The notes: generated by a model not told the origin, from the letters alone. A DNA stretch of 24,000 bases from Kiloniellales bacterium (GCA_052168175.1 JBQLZH010000005.1:262266-286265), one strand, 5' to 3'. Numbered from the stretch's first letter, positions 16,156-24,000 are shown. Numbers and translations: made by a program.

Positions 16156-16437
16156 ATGCTGAAAAAGCTGATCACCATCGTCCTGCCCTTTCTGCTGCCT
16201 TTCCTGCTTTACGCCATCTACGTCGGGATGCAGCGGCTATCCCGGCGGCAGGAGGCCGCAACCGGTCGACCGCCCACCTGGAGCGGGGCGACGGTCGGCT
16301 GGCTGTCGTTGGCCGGGGCGCTGATGGTCGCCGCCACGCTGATCACCTTTCGCTTCGTCGGAACGCCGGCCTTCCTGGAGCCGGCACCCATGGCTCTGCA
16401 GGCACCGCCGACGTCCTTCCCATCGGAAGCGCGCTGA
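16156..16437 (+). CDS. Small membrane protein (two predicted TM helices), function unknown
   Basis: MLKKLITIVLPFLLPFLLYAIYVGMQRLSRRQ... plus a second hydrophobic helix WLSLAGALMVAATLITF. GC3 is high, as in neighbouring genes. It starts 21 nt after the NUDIX gene. Confidence 0.6.
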   Translation: MLKKLITIVLPFLLPFLLYAIYVGMQRLSRRQEAATGRPPTWSGATVGWLSLAGALMVAATLITFRFVGTPAFLEPAPMALQAPPTSFPSEAR

Positions 16438-16452
16438 CTCACTGCCTGCCGC

Positions 16453-16938
16453 CTACTTGGGCGGGGTGAGGGAAATGCCGCGTCCGGCCTGAGGCGGCCG
16501 GGAGAGGGTCTTGTGGGCCTGCCAGACCTCCTCCACCCGTGCGGCCACCTCCGGTGCCATCGGTGCCGCGCGGCGCGTTTTCAGGTCGACGTGCAGACTC
16601 ATCCACTCGACCGTTGCGGCCAAAAAGCCCTCTTCGGCGTGGTACATGCGCAGAAAGATATTGAGCTTTTTCGGATCCCAGCCAAGCAGCTGTAGCGTTA
16701 CGGTAATGGGCGCGTCGGGCAGCAGTTCGCGCAGGTAGCTGACATGGGCCTCGACGGAGAAGATTGTGCCGCCGGTGCTCTCCCGGTAGGCGGCATCGAT
16801 GCCAATCCTATCCATGAAGAGGTCGAAGGCCTGGTCGAAAGCGACCACGTAGTAACCGACATTCATATGGCCGTTGTAGTCGACCCACTCCGGCTGGACG
16901 TGGGTGCGCTGCAGCTCCAGCGCCGCATCAAAAGACAT
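16453..16938 (-). CDS. Hotdog-fold acyl-CoA thioesterase (4HBT/YbgC-like)
   Basis: The N-terminus ...THVQPEWVDYNGHMNVGYYVVAFDQAFDLFMDRIGI... fits the 4HBT thioesterase pattern. GAGGA lies about 10 nt upstream of ATG 16938. Confidence 0.8.
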   Translation of the reverse strand: MSFDAALELQRTHVQPEWVDYNGHMNVGYYVVAFDQAFDLFMDRIGIDAAYRESTGGTIFSVEAHVSYLRELLPDAPITVTLQLLGWDPKKLNIFLRMYHAEEGFLAATVEWMSLHVDLKTRRAAPMAPEVAARVEEVWQAHKTLSRPPQAGRGISLTPPK

Positions 16939-17021
16939 CTGCAGGTATCCTCGGAAAAGCCGAATGAAAACAGGAGTTTTGGCTTATAGCAGCCTGCGCT
17001 ATGGCGCGCCCACTAGCGATG

Positions 17022-17864
17022 TCAACTTCGCCGAGCGATGGCCACGAGGGTCATGACCGTCGGCCGCCGGTCCAGGCGGCGCCAAACGAGGCTGGTACCG
17101 AGTTCGATGTCGATGGGGGCATCGTTGACCACTGCGTTTGTTTTTTCGAACGGGCTCGGGAACCGCTCGGGAACGATGCAGGGTCCGTATCCGGCTTCGG
17201 ACAGCACCAAAGCGCCAAGCGCGGTATCGACTTCGACGGTTGAATCGAATGCACCTCTGTCCGGGTCCTTTCTGTCGATCTCCGCCATCAGAACCGGCGC
17301 TTCCGGTCGGGCGTAGCGAATGATCGGCGGTGCCTTGCCCGGCCGCGGTCGGGCGTCGTACTTGGCCAGCCGCTGCGAGGCGAGATGCTGCTCGGACAGG
17401 CTGGGCTGGTGCACCGGCGGGTGCAGAAAGGCGGCGTCGATCAGGTTCTGTTCGACCTCGGCTTCCAGCTTGGCCGACGACCCTTCCGTCAAGCTGATAC
17501 GGGCGTAAGGGTGCTCGCGGCGAAAGGCCTCGAGCAGCGGTACGACGACCTGGACAGCGGCAATCTGCGTCATACCGAGGCGTAGGGTTTGCCCGAGCCC
17601 CTTTTCGGCACCGCGCGCCGCGTCGACGGCTTCTTCGGCGAGATCGAGGATGCGGCGGGCCGACTCGGTGAAGGACGCGCCGGCGGCGGTGGGTCGGACT
17701 CCGCCGCGCCCCCGTTCGAACAGTCGGACGTTTAACTGCTCCTCCACCCGGCGCAGCCGCGAGGTCAAGGCGGGCTGCGTCACGCCTAAGACCTGCGCAG
17801 CGCGAGCGAAGTGCCGTTCTTCATAGAGCGCGATCACGCTTCGATAGTCGGTGAGCGAGAACAT
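17022..17864 (-). CDS. LysR-family transcriptional regulator
   Basis: The N-terminal HTH is YRSVIALYEERHFARAAQVLGVTQPALTSRLRRVEEQLNVRLFERGRGGVRPTAAG. It is divergent from the 17966 gene. Confidence 0.9.
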   Translation of the reverse strand: MFSLTDYRSVIALYEERHFARAAQVLGVTQPALTSRLRRVEEQLNVRLFERGRGGVRPTAAGASFTESARRILDLAEEAVDAARGAEKGLGQTLRLGMTQIAAVQVVVPLLEAFRREHPYARISLTEGSSAKLEAEVEQNLIDAAFLHPPVHQPSLSEQHLASQRLAKYDARPRPGKAPPIIRYARPEAPVLMAEIDRKDPDRGAFDSTVEVDTALGALVLSEAGYGPCIVPERFPSPFEKTNAVVNDAPIDIELGTSLVWRRLDRRPTVMTLVAIARRS

Positions 17865-17867
17865 TTG

Positions 17868-17882
17868 ATAAGAATAATTTAT
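17868..17882. promoter_or_regulatory. Candidate LysR box (T-N11-A within dyad ATAA-N7-TTAT)
   Basis: ATAAGAATAATTTAT sits in the AT-rich 101-bp divergent intergenic region, immediately next to the lysR start. Confidence 0.45.
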
Positions 17883-17965
17883 CGAAACTATCGTTCAAGC
17901 ATCTGGAAGGAAGAGGTTGCGCAGTCATCTCTACGTCGGTTTTCGACAGTCAGGGAGGGCTTGGC

Positions 17966-19303
17966 ATGCTCCGGCTTCTATCCACGAGAGTTCTGGCGGC
18001 AGCTCTGGCGAGCTTCGCTTTCGGCACCTCCGCAGTCGCGCAACAGCCGCCGAACTTCGAAGGGCGCTATATCGCCGCCATCTCGGACGGCGACATGCGC
18101 GCTTACGCCTACATCGACGGGCTGATTGGCGAAAAACGCGGTCCCGACGAACTCGCGATGATCGGCTTGCCGCTTGAGGCTGCGGAGCCGACCGCGCGGA
18201 TCGGCGTCTCCAACTCCGTGATCAACCCGGTCTACTCGATTGCGGCTTCCCCCGACGGGAACACGATCTTCGTTGCGGAAACGCACACGGCGCAGGAAGC
18301 AGGAGACCGCCTGATCGGCGACCTTCAACCCGGCACGACACTGCGCGCCATCGACGTAAGCGACCTCGCCAACCCGAGCATCCTGGACCAGGTCGAGGTC
18401 GGCACGCGGCCGCTGGGCGTCTCTGTCAGTCCGGACGGGCAAACGCTGGTGCTCGCAACCCGGACGCCAGGCAGCCCGCTGACTTTCGTCAGTTATCGGG
18501 ACGGCGGCTTCGGGGAGGCCCGGCAGTTTGCACTCCAGAACGTCTCGCCGATGACGGAACTGCCGGATCTGGGACAGATGCCGCATCATGCCGAATGGCA
18601 TCCGAGCGAGGATGTCGTGGCGGTGACGCTCAATCTGCGCAACCAGGTACAGTTCTACCGCGTCGATCGCGATGCCGACGGGAACGTTGAGGAGTTGGCC
18701 CAGTGGGGCAACTCGGTTGCCACCGCGAAGTGGCCGATGTCGGGCAAGTTCTCGCGGGACGGCCGTTTCTTCGTCTCGAACGATCTCCAGTGGGGGCCGG
18801 ACGTCGGTCCGCACGGCAACGGAAGCTATGCTCCGCCGTCGCAACTGACGGCGATCCGCTTGGCCGATGTCGGGACGGAGGCACCGCGCCATTACGTCAT
18901 GGGCGGCGTGAGCGTGCCTCAGCATGCGGAGAGCCTCGCCTTCTCGAACGACGGCAGCATGATCGTCACGCTCAATCTGGGGCAGACCTGGATTCCCGAG
19001 GGCGAACCCGACCATTCGCTCTCGAGTCTGAGTCTTGTGACCTTCGACAACGAGACCGGCTTGATGCGGCATGCCGGCGACTGGGAAATGGCAGGCATTC
19101 TGCCGGAAGGCGTCGCCTTCGACGCGTCCGACCGCTACGTGGTCGCCGGCGTCTTCGAATACGAAGGGCCCGAACCGCGCAGGAGTGCGCTGGAGTTTTG
19201 GAGCGTGAAGCGCGAGGCGGGCCGTTTGCCACGGCTCGTGCCGACCGGTTTCACGATCGAGACCGGCCCCGGTGCTCATTCGCTGATCGTGGTGAATGAC
19301 TGA
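17966..19303 (+). CDS. Secreted beta-propeller repeat protein (YVTN/LVIVD-like blades), function unknown
   Basis: GGGAGGG lies 7 nt upstream. The signal peptide is MLRLLSTRVLAAALASFAFGTSAVA. Recurrent blade-like motifs are IAASPDGNTIFVAE, VSVSPDGQTLVLAT, KFSRDGRFFVSN, LAFSNDGSMIVTL and GVAFDASDRYVVAG, plus one LVIVD-like LRAIDVSDLANPSIL. GC3 is high in this frame. Confidence 0.85.
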   Translation: MLRLLSTRVLAAALASFAFGTSAVAQQPPNFEGRYIAAISDGDMRAYAYIDGLIGEKRGPDELAMIGLPLEAAEPTARIGVSNSVINPVYSIAASPDGNTIFVAETHTAQEAGDRLIGDLQPGTTLRAIDVSDLANPSILDQVEVGTRPLGVSVSPDGQTLVLATRTPGSPLTFVSYRDGGFGEARQFALQNVSPMTELPDLGQMPHHAEWHPSEDVVAVTLNLRNQVQFYRVDRDADGNVEELAQWGNSVATAKWPMSGKFSRDGRFFVSNDLQWGPDVGPHGNGSYAPPSQLTAIRLADVGTEAPRHYVMGGVSVPQHAESLAFSNDGSMIVTLNLGQTWIPEGEPDHSLSSLSLVTFDNETGLMRHAGDWEMAGILPEGVAFDASDRYVVAGVFEYEGPEPRRSALEFWSVKREAGRLPRLVPTGFTIETGPGAHSLIVVND

Positions 19304-19359
19304 GGTGTTTGCGGACATCGACCAGCCAGGTTTCCCATAGTCGAACGAATGGAGATCAC

Positions 19360-20229
19360 ATGCGACAGGCCCTATCGATGCGACAGACTCTGCTCTCGGT
19401 TTTCCTCGTGACGACTCTGTCGCTGCCGGCAGCAGCAGACGATTTACAGTCCTTGAGCAGCGGTTTCGACGCGCCAGAGGCCCTGGCGAGTTGGTCCGAA
19501 CACTTGCCGGCCGGTTTTACCCGGAAGTGGCGGGAGCCGCGGATCGAGGACGGACGGCTGGTGCTGCAGCCGCTCTCCTCCGGCTGGTATGAGGACAACC
19601 AGGCGGGCCACCTCTATCACTCGGTGGCCGGCGACTTCATCGCGACCACACGCATTGAGGTCACCGGCACCGACGCCGCGCTGCCGCAGACGCCGTTCTC
19701 GCTGGCCGGGCTCTTCGTTCGAGCGCCGCGTGCCGTCTCGGCAGCGACCTGGGCGCCGGGGCAGGAAAACTGGTTGTTCTTCTCGATCGGAACGGCGGCG
19801 CCGGCAGGCGAACCGCACTACGAGATCAAGACCACGACGAACTCTCTGTCGACTCTGAAGATTGTGCCGTCGCCGACCGGGCCGGTGGACCTGCGTATCG
19901 CGCGGCACGGGGAACTGTTCACACTGCTTGCGCGGCAGCCTGGCGGCGACTGGCAGGTCAAGGATCAGATGATCCGGCCGGATCTGCCGGAGACCTTGAA
20001 CGTCGGGCTCACGGCCTATGCCGACTACGGGTCGGTGGCGCCGATCTATCCCAACTTTCAGCGCTACAACACCCAAGGCGCCGTCGAGGAGAAGGCGGAC
20101 CTGATTGCCTATGTGGACAGCTTCGCGTTGCGGCGCCCGACCACAGGCCGCATCCCCATCGCCAACCTCGATGCGCCCGACTTTATGGAAGCGATCGCCG
20201 CACGCCGCGCCGACCTGCTGTCCGAATGA
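19360..20229 (+). CDS. Secreted protein, concanavalin-A-like lectin/glucanase (DUF1349-like) by impression
   Basis: GGAGA precedes ATG 19360. The signal peptide is MRQALSMRQTLLSVFLVTTLSLPAAAD. ...DGRLVLQPLSSGWYEDNQAGHLYHSVAGDFIATTRIEV...LAGLFVR...LRIARHGELFTLLARQPGGDWQV follows the DUF1349/ConA-like pattern. The fold call is an inference. Confidence 0.8.
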   Translation: MRQALSMRQTLLSVFLVTTLSLPAAADDLQSLSSGFDAPEALASWSEHLPAGFTRKWREPRIEDGRLVLQPLSSGWYEDNQAGHLYHSVAGDFIATTRIEVTGTDAALPQTPFSLAGLFVRAPRAVSAATWAPGQENWLFFSIGTAAPAGEPHYEIKTTTNSLSTLKIVPSPTGPVDLRIARHGELFTLLARQPGGDWQVKDQMIRPDLPETLNVGLTAYADYGSVAPIYPNFQRYNTQGAVEEKADLIAYVDSFALRRPTTGRIPIANLDAPDFMEAIAARRADLLSE

Positions 20230-20381
20230 TGTCCGGTCGCTCGGGTGTTGCTTGGCGCGGCCTCAGGACGCTTGGCAAGGCGTGCGGCGTGAAGCCCGGC
20301 AGAGCAGAGGGCGTTCGGAACCTGTGGATTGGCAGTTCTTCGACTGCATGTTTCGACGGGGATCCTGCAACGCGTCTCCTC

Positions 20382-20399
20382 GCCGCGGGATCCCGCGGC
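20382..20399. promoter_or_regulatory. 18-nt perfect palindrome GCCGCGGGATCCCGCGGC, candidate operator
   Basis: The perfect dyad lies about 98 nt upstream of the transporter start at 20497. A related GGGGATCC sits at 20358..20365, and TCGAC flanks both. Confidence 0.3.
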
Positions 20400-20496
20400 T
20401 TTCCTCTCGACTTGCGGTGAAAGGCTCCATTGGCCAGGCGCGACAAAGCGGGTAGCGTCCTGCTGTCCTGCCTGACTGCTCCAGTTTGCGAGTCCT

Positions 20497-21438
20497 ATGC
20501 CCCTGCTGGCTTTTCTCGGCGACCACGGCCCCAAGGTGCTGTTCGTCGGCGTCTTCATCGGTTTGGTCCTGCCCGATCTCGCGACCGTGGCACGCCCGCT
20601 GGTCGGTCCTGCCGTGGCCACGCTGCTGGTGCTGACCTTGTTGCGCGTGGAGTGGGGTCAGATGGCGGCCTACCTGCGGCGGCCTGGGTTGCTGACAGTG
20701 CTGGTCGTCTGGCTGATGCTGGTTTCGCCGGTGGCCACCTGGGGAGTCCTGGCTCTGCTGCCGGGGCCGCAGCCGCTTGAGGTCGCGCTGGTGCTGATGG
20801 CTGCCGCACCGCCGATTTTAGGCGTTACCGCCATCGCGATCCTCTTGGGCTTGGACGGGGCTCTGGCGCTGGTCATGGCACTGGCGGCCACGCTGCTCAC
20901 GCCGATCACCGTACCGCTGCTGTCGCTCTGGCTGCTTGGGTTGGAGCTGGAGGTCAGCATTGCCGGCTTCATGCTGCGCCTCGCCTTGGTAGTGCTGGGC
21001 GCCTTCGTCCTGGCCTTCTTGCTGCGCCGGTTGGCGGGGGTAGCGTGGTTCCGGGCGCGGGCGACCTCGCTGGACGGCCTGGTGGTGCTGGTCATGCTGG
21101 TTTTCGCCATTGCCATCATGGACGGGGTCACCGCCACGATCTTCGCCCGACCTGAGGTGGTCGCCTTGTGGATTTTCGCCGCCTTCGTCGCCAACCCCTT
21201 GCTTCAGATCGTTGCCGCCCTCGCGTTCTGGTGGCTCGGGCCGCGCCGCGCCCTGACCGTTGGCCTGATGTCCGGCAATTGCAACATGGGGTTACTTTTG
21301 GCAGCTCTGCCGCCACAAGCGGACTTCGACGTGGTGCTGTTCTTCGCTTTGGCGCAGCTCCCAATGTACATGTTGCCCTTCGTCTTGACCCCGCTCTACC
21401 GCAGGCTGCTTTTGAGAGTTGAAGAAGGGGCATTGTAA
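20497..21438 (+). CDS. Polytopic membrane transporter, bile acid:Na+ symporter (BASS/SBF-like) family by impression
   Basis: About 9-10 hydrophobic helices. Segments such as LVLMAAAPPILGVTAIAILLGLDGALALVMALAATLLTPITVPLL resemble SBF-like transporters. The family assignment is an inference. Confidence 0.75.
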   Translation: MPLLAFLGDHGPKVLFVGVFIGLVLPDLATVARPLVGPAVATLLVLTLLRVEWGQMAAYLRRPGLLTVLVVWLMLVSPVATWGVLALLPGPQPLEVALVLMAAAPPILGVTAIAILLGLDGALALVMALAATLLTPITVPLLSLWLLGLELEVSIAGFMLRLALVVLGAFVLAFLLRRLAGVAWFRARATSLDGLVVLVMLVFAIAIMDGVTATIFARPEVVALWIFAAFVANPLLQIVAALAFWWLGPRRALTVGLMSGNCNMGLLLAALPPQADFDVVLFFALAQLPMYMLPFVLTPLYRRLLLRVEEGAL

Positions 21439-21519
21439 AACGCGTAGGATTTGTAGAGAGAGCTGTCCGCTTGGAGGCAAAACTGCGACACCCCGTGTAA
21501 GTTAACCTTTCCTCTGCTG

Positions 21520-21760
21520 TCGGGTTATGGCCTTTTGGCCGTGGGTATGATAGCAGCAATAAGTAGCGTCGGGCTTGAGGGGTTCTCGAAAGAACCAGTT
21601 GTTAAGCCCTGGCGGATAAAGTTCGTCCGGGTTCGTTGCGAGGTACGCTTCGGGGCACCGAGATATCGGTGCTGGAAATGGGGGCGAGCTTCGCGTTTCG
21701 GGGGTTTGGCGAGCTTAGATTTCCGGCCTGCCGTTTGAGATGGCATGGCCGGTGACGCCT
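21520..21760. other. Low-GC, hairpin-rich intergenic segment (candidate sRNA or structured 5' leader of mlaA)
   Basis: Hairpins: GGCCTTTTGGCC (21529..21540), GGTTCT-CGAA-AGAACC (21581..21596), GCACCGA-GATA-TCGGTGC (21655..21672), and CCGGCCTGCC-N9-GGCAtGGCCGG (21723..21752). There is also a 9-nt direct repeat GGCGAGCTT (21683 and 21708). The ORFs here have atypical codon usage. Confidence 0.25.
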
Positions 21761-21804
21761 GTTAGGCGGTAAGAAGCGGGTTGGCTGAAAGAAGACGGGG
21801 CGCA

Positions 21805-22713
21805 ATGCAGAATCGGGCTATTTCGCGGGCTTCGGCCCGTTTTTTGAAGCGTCTTTCGGCGCCGGCGCTTTGCCTGGCGGTTCTGAGTGGCTGTGCCTGG
21901 GCGCCGGGGCTCGAGCAGAGCAACCGTTATGCCGCGGCGCCGACCAACTCCTTCCAGCTTGCCGCAATGGCGGACGGCGAATACATCGCCAGCGACATTG
22001 CAGATGTGGCGGATGTCGGTACCGGCCAGTTCGTGTCCGCCGGCGACCCGCTGGAAGTGTTCAACCGCTTCATGTTCGCCATCAACGACACACTCGACCT
22101 CTTCATTCTCAAGCCGGTCGCGGTGACCTACCGCCGCTGGGCACCGGAGTTGATGCAGGAGGTGGTCAGCAACTTCGTCACGCACCTGGGAGAGCCGGTC
22201 ACCTTCGCCAATGCGCTCTTCCAGGGCGACTGGGAGCATGCAGAGACCACCGGAAGCCGCTTCCTGATCAACAGCGCGATCGGGTTCGGTATGTTCGATC
22301 CCGCCACCGGGATGGGTCTGAGGCAACGAGACGAGGACTTCGGTCAAACGCTTGCGGTGCACGGTGTGCCGAGCGGCCCCTACCTGGTGCTGCCACTGCT
22401 GGGACCCTCCACAGTGCGCGATGCCGCGGGACGCGGCGTCGACTTCTTCCTGGATCCCTTCAGCTATCTTGCCCGCACCACCGACCGGACCGAACTGTCG
22501 GTCGGCCGCACGGCAGCGGAGGCGATCAGCTTCCGCGCGGAGAATATCGATACTCTGGACGAAGTGCGTCGGGATTCGATCGATTACTACTCGCGCATCC
22601 GGTCGTTGTGGCGGCAACAACGCGAACGGCAGATCCGCAACGATGTGGGTGGCGAGCCGGAGATCGGCCGTGCTGCACCTGCGGCAGATCCGCGTCAAGT
22701 CAGCGCTCGTTAG
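21805..22713 (+). CDS. mlaA: MlaA/VacJ outer-membrane lipoprotein
   Basis: The lipobox is LAVLSGC. NRFMFAINDTLDLFILKPVAVTYRRWAPELMQEVVSNFVTHLGEPVTFANALFQG...GQTLAVHGVPSGPYLVLPLLGPSTVRD is the classic MlaA/VacJ core. ATG 21805 is preferred over TTG 21781. Confidence 0.9.
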   Translation: MQNRAISRASARFLKRLSAPALCLAVLSGCAWAPGLEQSNRYAAAPTNSFQLAAMADGEYIASDIADVADVGTGQFVSAGDPLEVFNRFMFAINDTLDLFILKPVAVTYRRWAPELMQEVVSNFVTHLGEPVTFANALFQGDWEHAETTGSRFLINSAIGFGMFDPATGMGLRQRDEDFGQTLAVHGVPSGPYLVLPLLGPSTVRDAAGRGVDFFLDPFSYLARTTDRTELSVGRTAAEAISFRAENIDTLDEVRRDSIDYYSRIRSLWRQQRERQIRNDVGGEPEIGRAAPAADPRQVSAR

Positions 22714-22864
22714 GCCTTTTTCGATAAGCTTGGCCTCTGCCCGTCTAGGTGGGCGGATGACAGATGCTATCACTGTAACCATCTTGGTTTTCAGACGTCG
22801 GTAACTGTACTTGATAGTTTGGCGGAGCTGTGCGGCTTGGGCCGCAAACAGGAGAGGACGCAAT

Positions 22865-23527
22865 ATGACTGCAGGGATCACGCGCATGCTTCGTGGCGTT
22901 GGCTTTGCTTTTTTCGCCGCAGCTCTGGCGTTCGCAGGACCGCTGGTTGCACCGGCCGCAGCGCAAGCCGAGACGCCGGCTGAGTTCCTAAAGGACTTTT
23001 CCAGTACCGCCTTGACGGAGCTGACCGGCGACGGGCTCAGCCAGGACGAGCGCGAAGCCCGTTTCGGCAGCTTGCTGGAAGAAGGGTTTGACGTACCGGC
23101 GGTCAGCCAGTTCATCCTGGCCCGCTTCTGGCGCAGCGCCTCCGAGCAAGAGCGCGCCGATTTCATCGTCGTCTTCAAGGACTATCTGGCTCAGCGCTTC
23201 CTGCCTCTGTTCGGCGGTGCCAACGATGTCGACCTGCGGTTCGGCGAAGGCGTGCCGCTGCAGGGCCGTGACGACCTGTTCGAAGTCCCGGTCACCTTCG
23301 TCCCCGCAGACGGCAGCGAGCCGGTGCGGACGATCTGGCGGGTGCGCCAGCAGGAGTCCGAGTTCAAGATCCTGGATGTGCGCGCCGAGGGTGTCAGTCT
23401 CGCGGTCACGCTGCGCGACGAATACACTTCGGTGATTCGTCAGCAGGGCAGTGTCGCTGGTTTGATCGAGGAGCTGCGTCGCTTGATCGACAGTGGCCAG
23501 ATCCGCCCGGTCAATCAGCAGAGCTGA
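22865..23527 (+). CDS. mlaC: MlaC/Ttg2D-family periplasmic phospholipid-binding protein
   Basis: AGGAGAGGA precedes ATG 22865. The signal peptide ends ...APAAAQA. FLKDFSSTALTELTGDGLSQDEREARFGSLLEEGFDVPAVSQFILARFWRSASEQERADFIVVFKDYLAQRF is typical of the toluene-tolerance Ttg2D/MlaC family. Confidence 0.88.
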   Translation: MTAGITRMLRGVGFAFFAAALAFAGPLVAPAAAQAETPAEFLKDFSSTALTELTGDGLSQDEREARFGSLLEEGFDVPAVSQFILARFWRSASEQERADFIVVFKDYLAQRFLPLFGGANDVDLRFGEGVPLQGRDDLFEVPVTFVPADGSEPVRTIWRVRQQESEFKILDVRAEGVSLAVTLRDEYTSVIRQQGSVAGLIEELRRLIDSGQIRPVNQQS

Positions 23528-23546
23528 CATCCGCCAAAGCTTCCGG

Positions 23547-23573
23547 AAAAAGGCGCCCAATGGGCGCCTTTTT
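23547..23573. terminator. Bidirectional intrinsic terminator between convergent mlaC and ettA
   Basis: AAAAAGGCGCCC-AAT-GGGCGCCTTTTT: an 8-bp GC-rich stem with an A-tract upstream and a T-tract downstream, so it reads as hairpin plus U-tract on both strands. Confidence 0.8.
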
Positions 23574-23691
23574 CATTTCCGCGGCAGCCATCCGCGCAAG
23601 ACACTGGAAAAAACCCCGCGATCCGTACTGTCCGATCCGGCATAGCCGACCGCAACACCGGATCGGAACAGTGGGCGAGATGGAAAGCCGA

Positions 23692-24000
23692 CTACCGTGT
23701 CAGCGGCTTGTACTTGATACGGTGCGGTTCTGCTGCGGCGTCGCCAAGGCGACGCTTCTTATCCTCTTCGTAGTCCTGGAAGTTTCCTTCGTACCAAACC
23801 ACCTGGCTGTCGCCTTCGAAGGCGAGGATGTGGGTGGCGATACGGTCGAGGAACCAGCGGTCGTGGCTGATCACCAGCACGCAGCCGGCGAAGTCGAGGA
23901 GCGACTCTTCCAGGGCGCGCAGGGTGTCCACGTCCAGGTCGTTGGTCGGCTCGTCCAGCAGGATAACGTTGGCGCCGGATTTCAGCAGTTTGGCCAGGTG
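23692..24000 (-). CDS. ettA: ABC-F ATPase EttA (energy-dependent translational throttle), C-terminal part; 5' end outside window
   Basis: The frame is open to the window edge: ...[101 protein letters not shown]. It shows the ABC signature/Walker B context and the characteristic EttA C-terminal tail. Confidence 0.88.
   Translation of the reverse strand, partial: HLAKLLKSGANVILLDEPTNDLDVDTLRALEESLLDFAGCVLVISHDRWFLDRIATHILAFEGDSQVVWYEGNFQDYEEDKKRRLGDAAAEPHRIKYKPLTR

Noticed and set aside
17978-19318. 446-aa ORF on the minus strand that almost exactly mirrors the beta-propeller gene.
   Set aside because: The product is Arg/Pro/Gly-rich and has no recognisable motifs, as expected for an antisense shadow ORF in GC-rich DNA. 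The plus frame has an SD, a signal peptide, repeat motifs and high GC3.
21535-21738. 67-aa ORF (MAVGMIAAISSVGLEGFSKEPVVKPWRIKFVRVRCEV...) in the spacer upstream of mlaA.
   Set aside because: Third-position composition is far less GC-biased than in real genes here. There is no SD and the sequence is highly basic. The region is better explained as structured non-coding RNA or DNA.
21715-23178. 487-aa minus-strand ORF spanning the mlaA/mlaC region.
   Set aside because: It is antisense to two genes with unmistakable MlaA and MlaC motifs, a lipobox, a signal peptide and SD sequences. The translation is Arg/Ala-rich with no motifs.
23632-23666. 9-bp inverted repeat CCGATCCGG-N17-CCGGATCGG, with an extra CGGATCG copy, considered as an ettA terminator.
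   Set aside because: The loop is long and the T-tract (on the minus strand) lies well beyond the stem. The strong bidirectional terminator at 23547..23573 explains termination of both convergent genes.
1-24000. A search by eye for tRNA/rRNA genes, CRISPR repeats, IS or transposase ends, integrases, toxin-antitoxin pairs and known defence-system domains.
   Set aside because: None found. There is no T-loop-like GGTTCGA context, no regularly spaced direct repeats, no DDE, tyrosine- or serine-recombinase motifs, and no nuclease, STAND or TIR/Sir2-like products in any supported CDS.

Overview
GC-rich (about two-thirds G+C by eye) chromosomal segment whose gene content and synteny look alphaproteobacterial; I cannot place it more precisely from sequence alone. 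I support 24 protein-coding genes: 23 solid and 1 tentative, with two cut by the window edges. I found no rRNA, tRNA, CRISPR array, transposase, integrase or phage gene. Left to right: LysR tail; divergent LysE exporter and AraC regulator; a chemosensory mini-locus (soluble PAS-PAS chemoreceptor, an AT-rich islet with a 71-aa ORF, a secreted sensor-like protein, a CHASE3/4HB-type transmembrane chemoreceptor); GNAT acetyltransferase; a tightly coupled minus-strand operon moxR - DUF58 - BatA_N/DUF4159 - vWA membrane protein - tspO; DUF1285, CoA pyrophosphatase and a small membrane protein; a hotdog thioesterase; a LysR regulator divergent from two secreted proteins (beta-propeller, ConA-like); a BASS-type transporter; a 366-nt low-GC hairpin-rich spacer; mlaA-mlaC; ettA tail. 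I do not see a canonical defence island or mobile element. The best candidates for under-described biology are: (i) the five-gene MoxR/vWA envelope operon, with tspO translationally coupled to it and a cytoplasm/periplasm topology puzzle; (ii) the chemoreceptor locus with a stand-alone periplasmic sensor-like protein and the AT-rich small ORF; (iii) the LysR-controlled secreted protein pair; (iv) the structured spacer upstream of mlaA. All functional calls rest on motif recognition by eye in the supplied translations. No database search was run.
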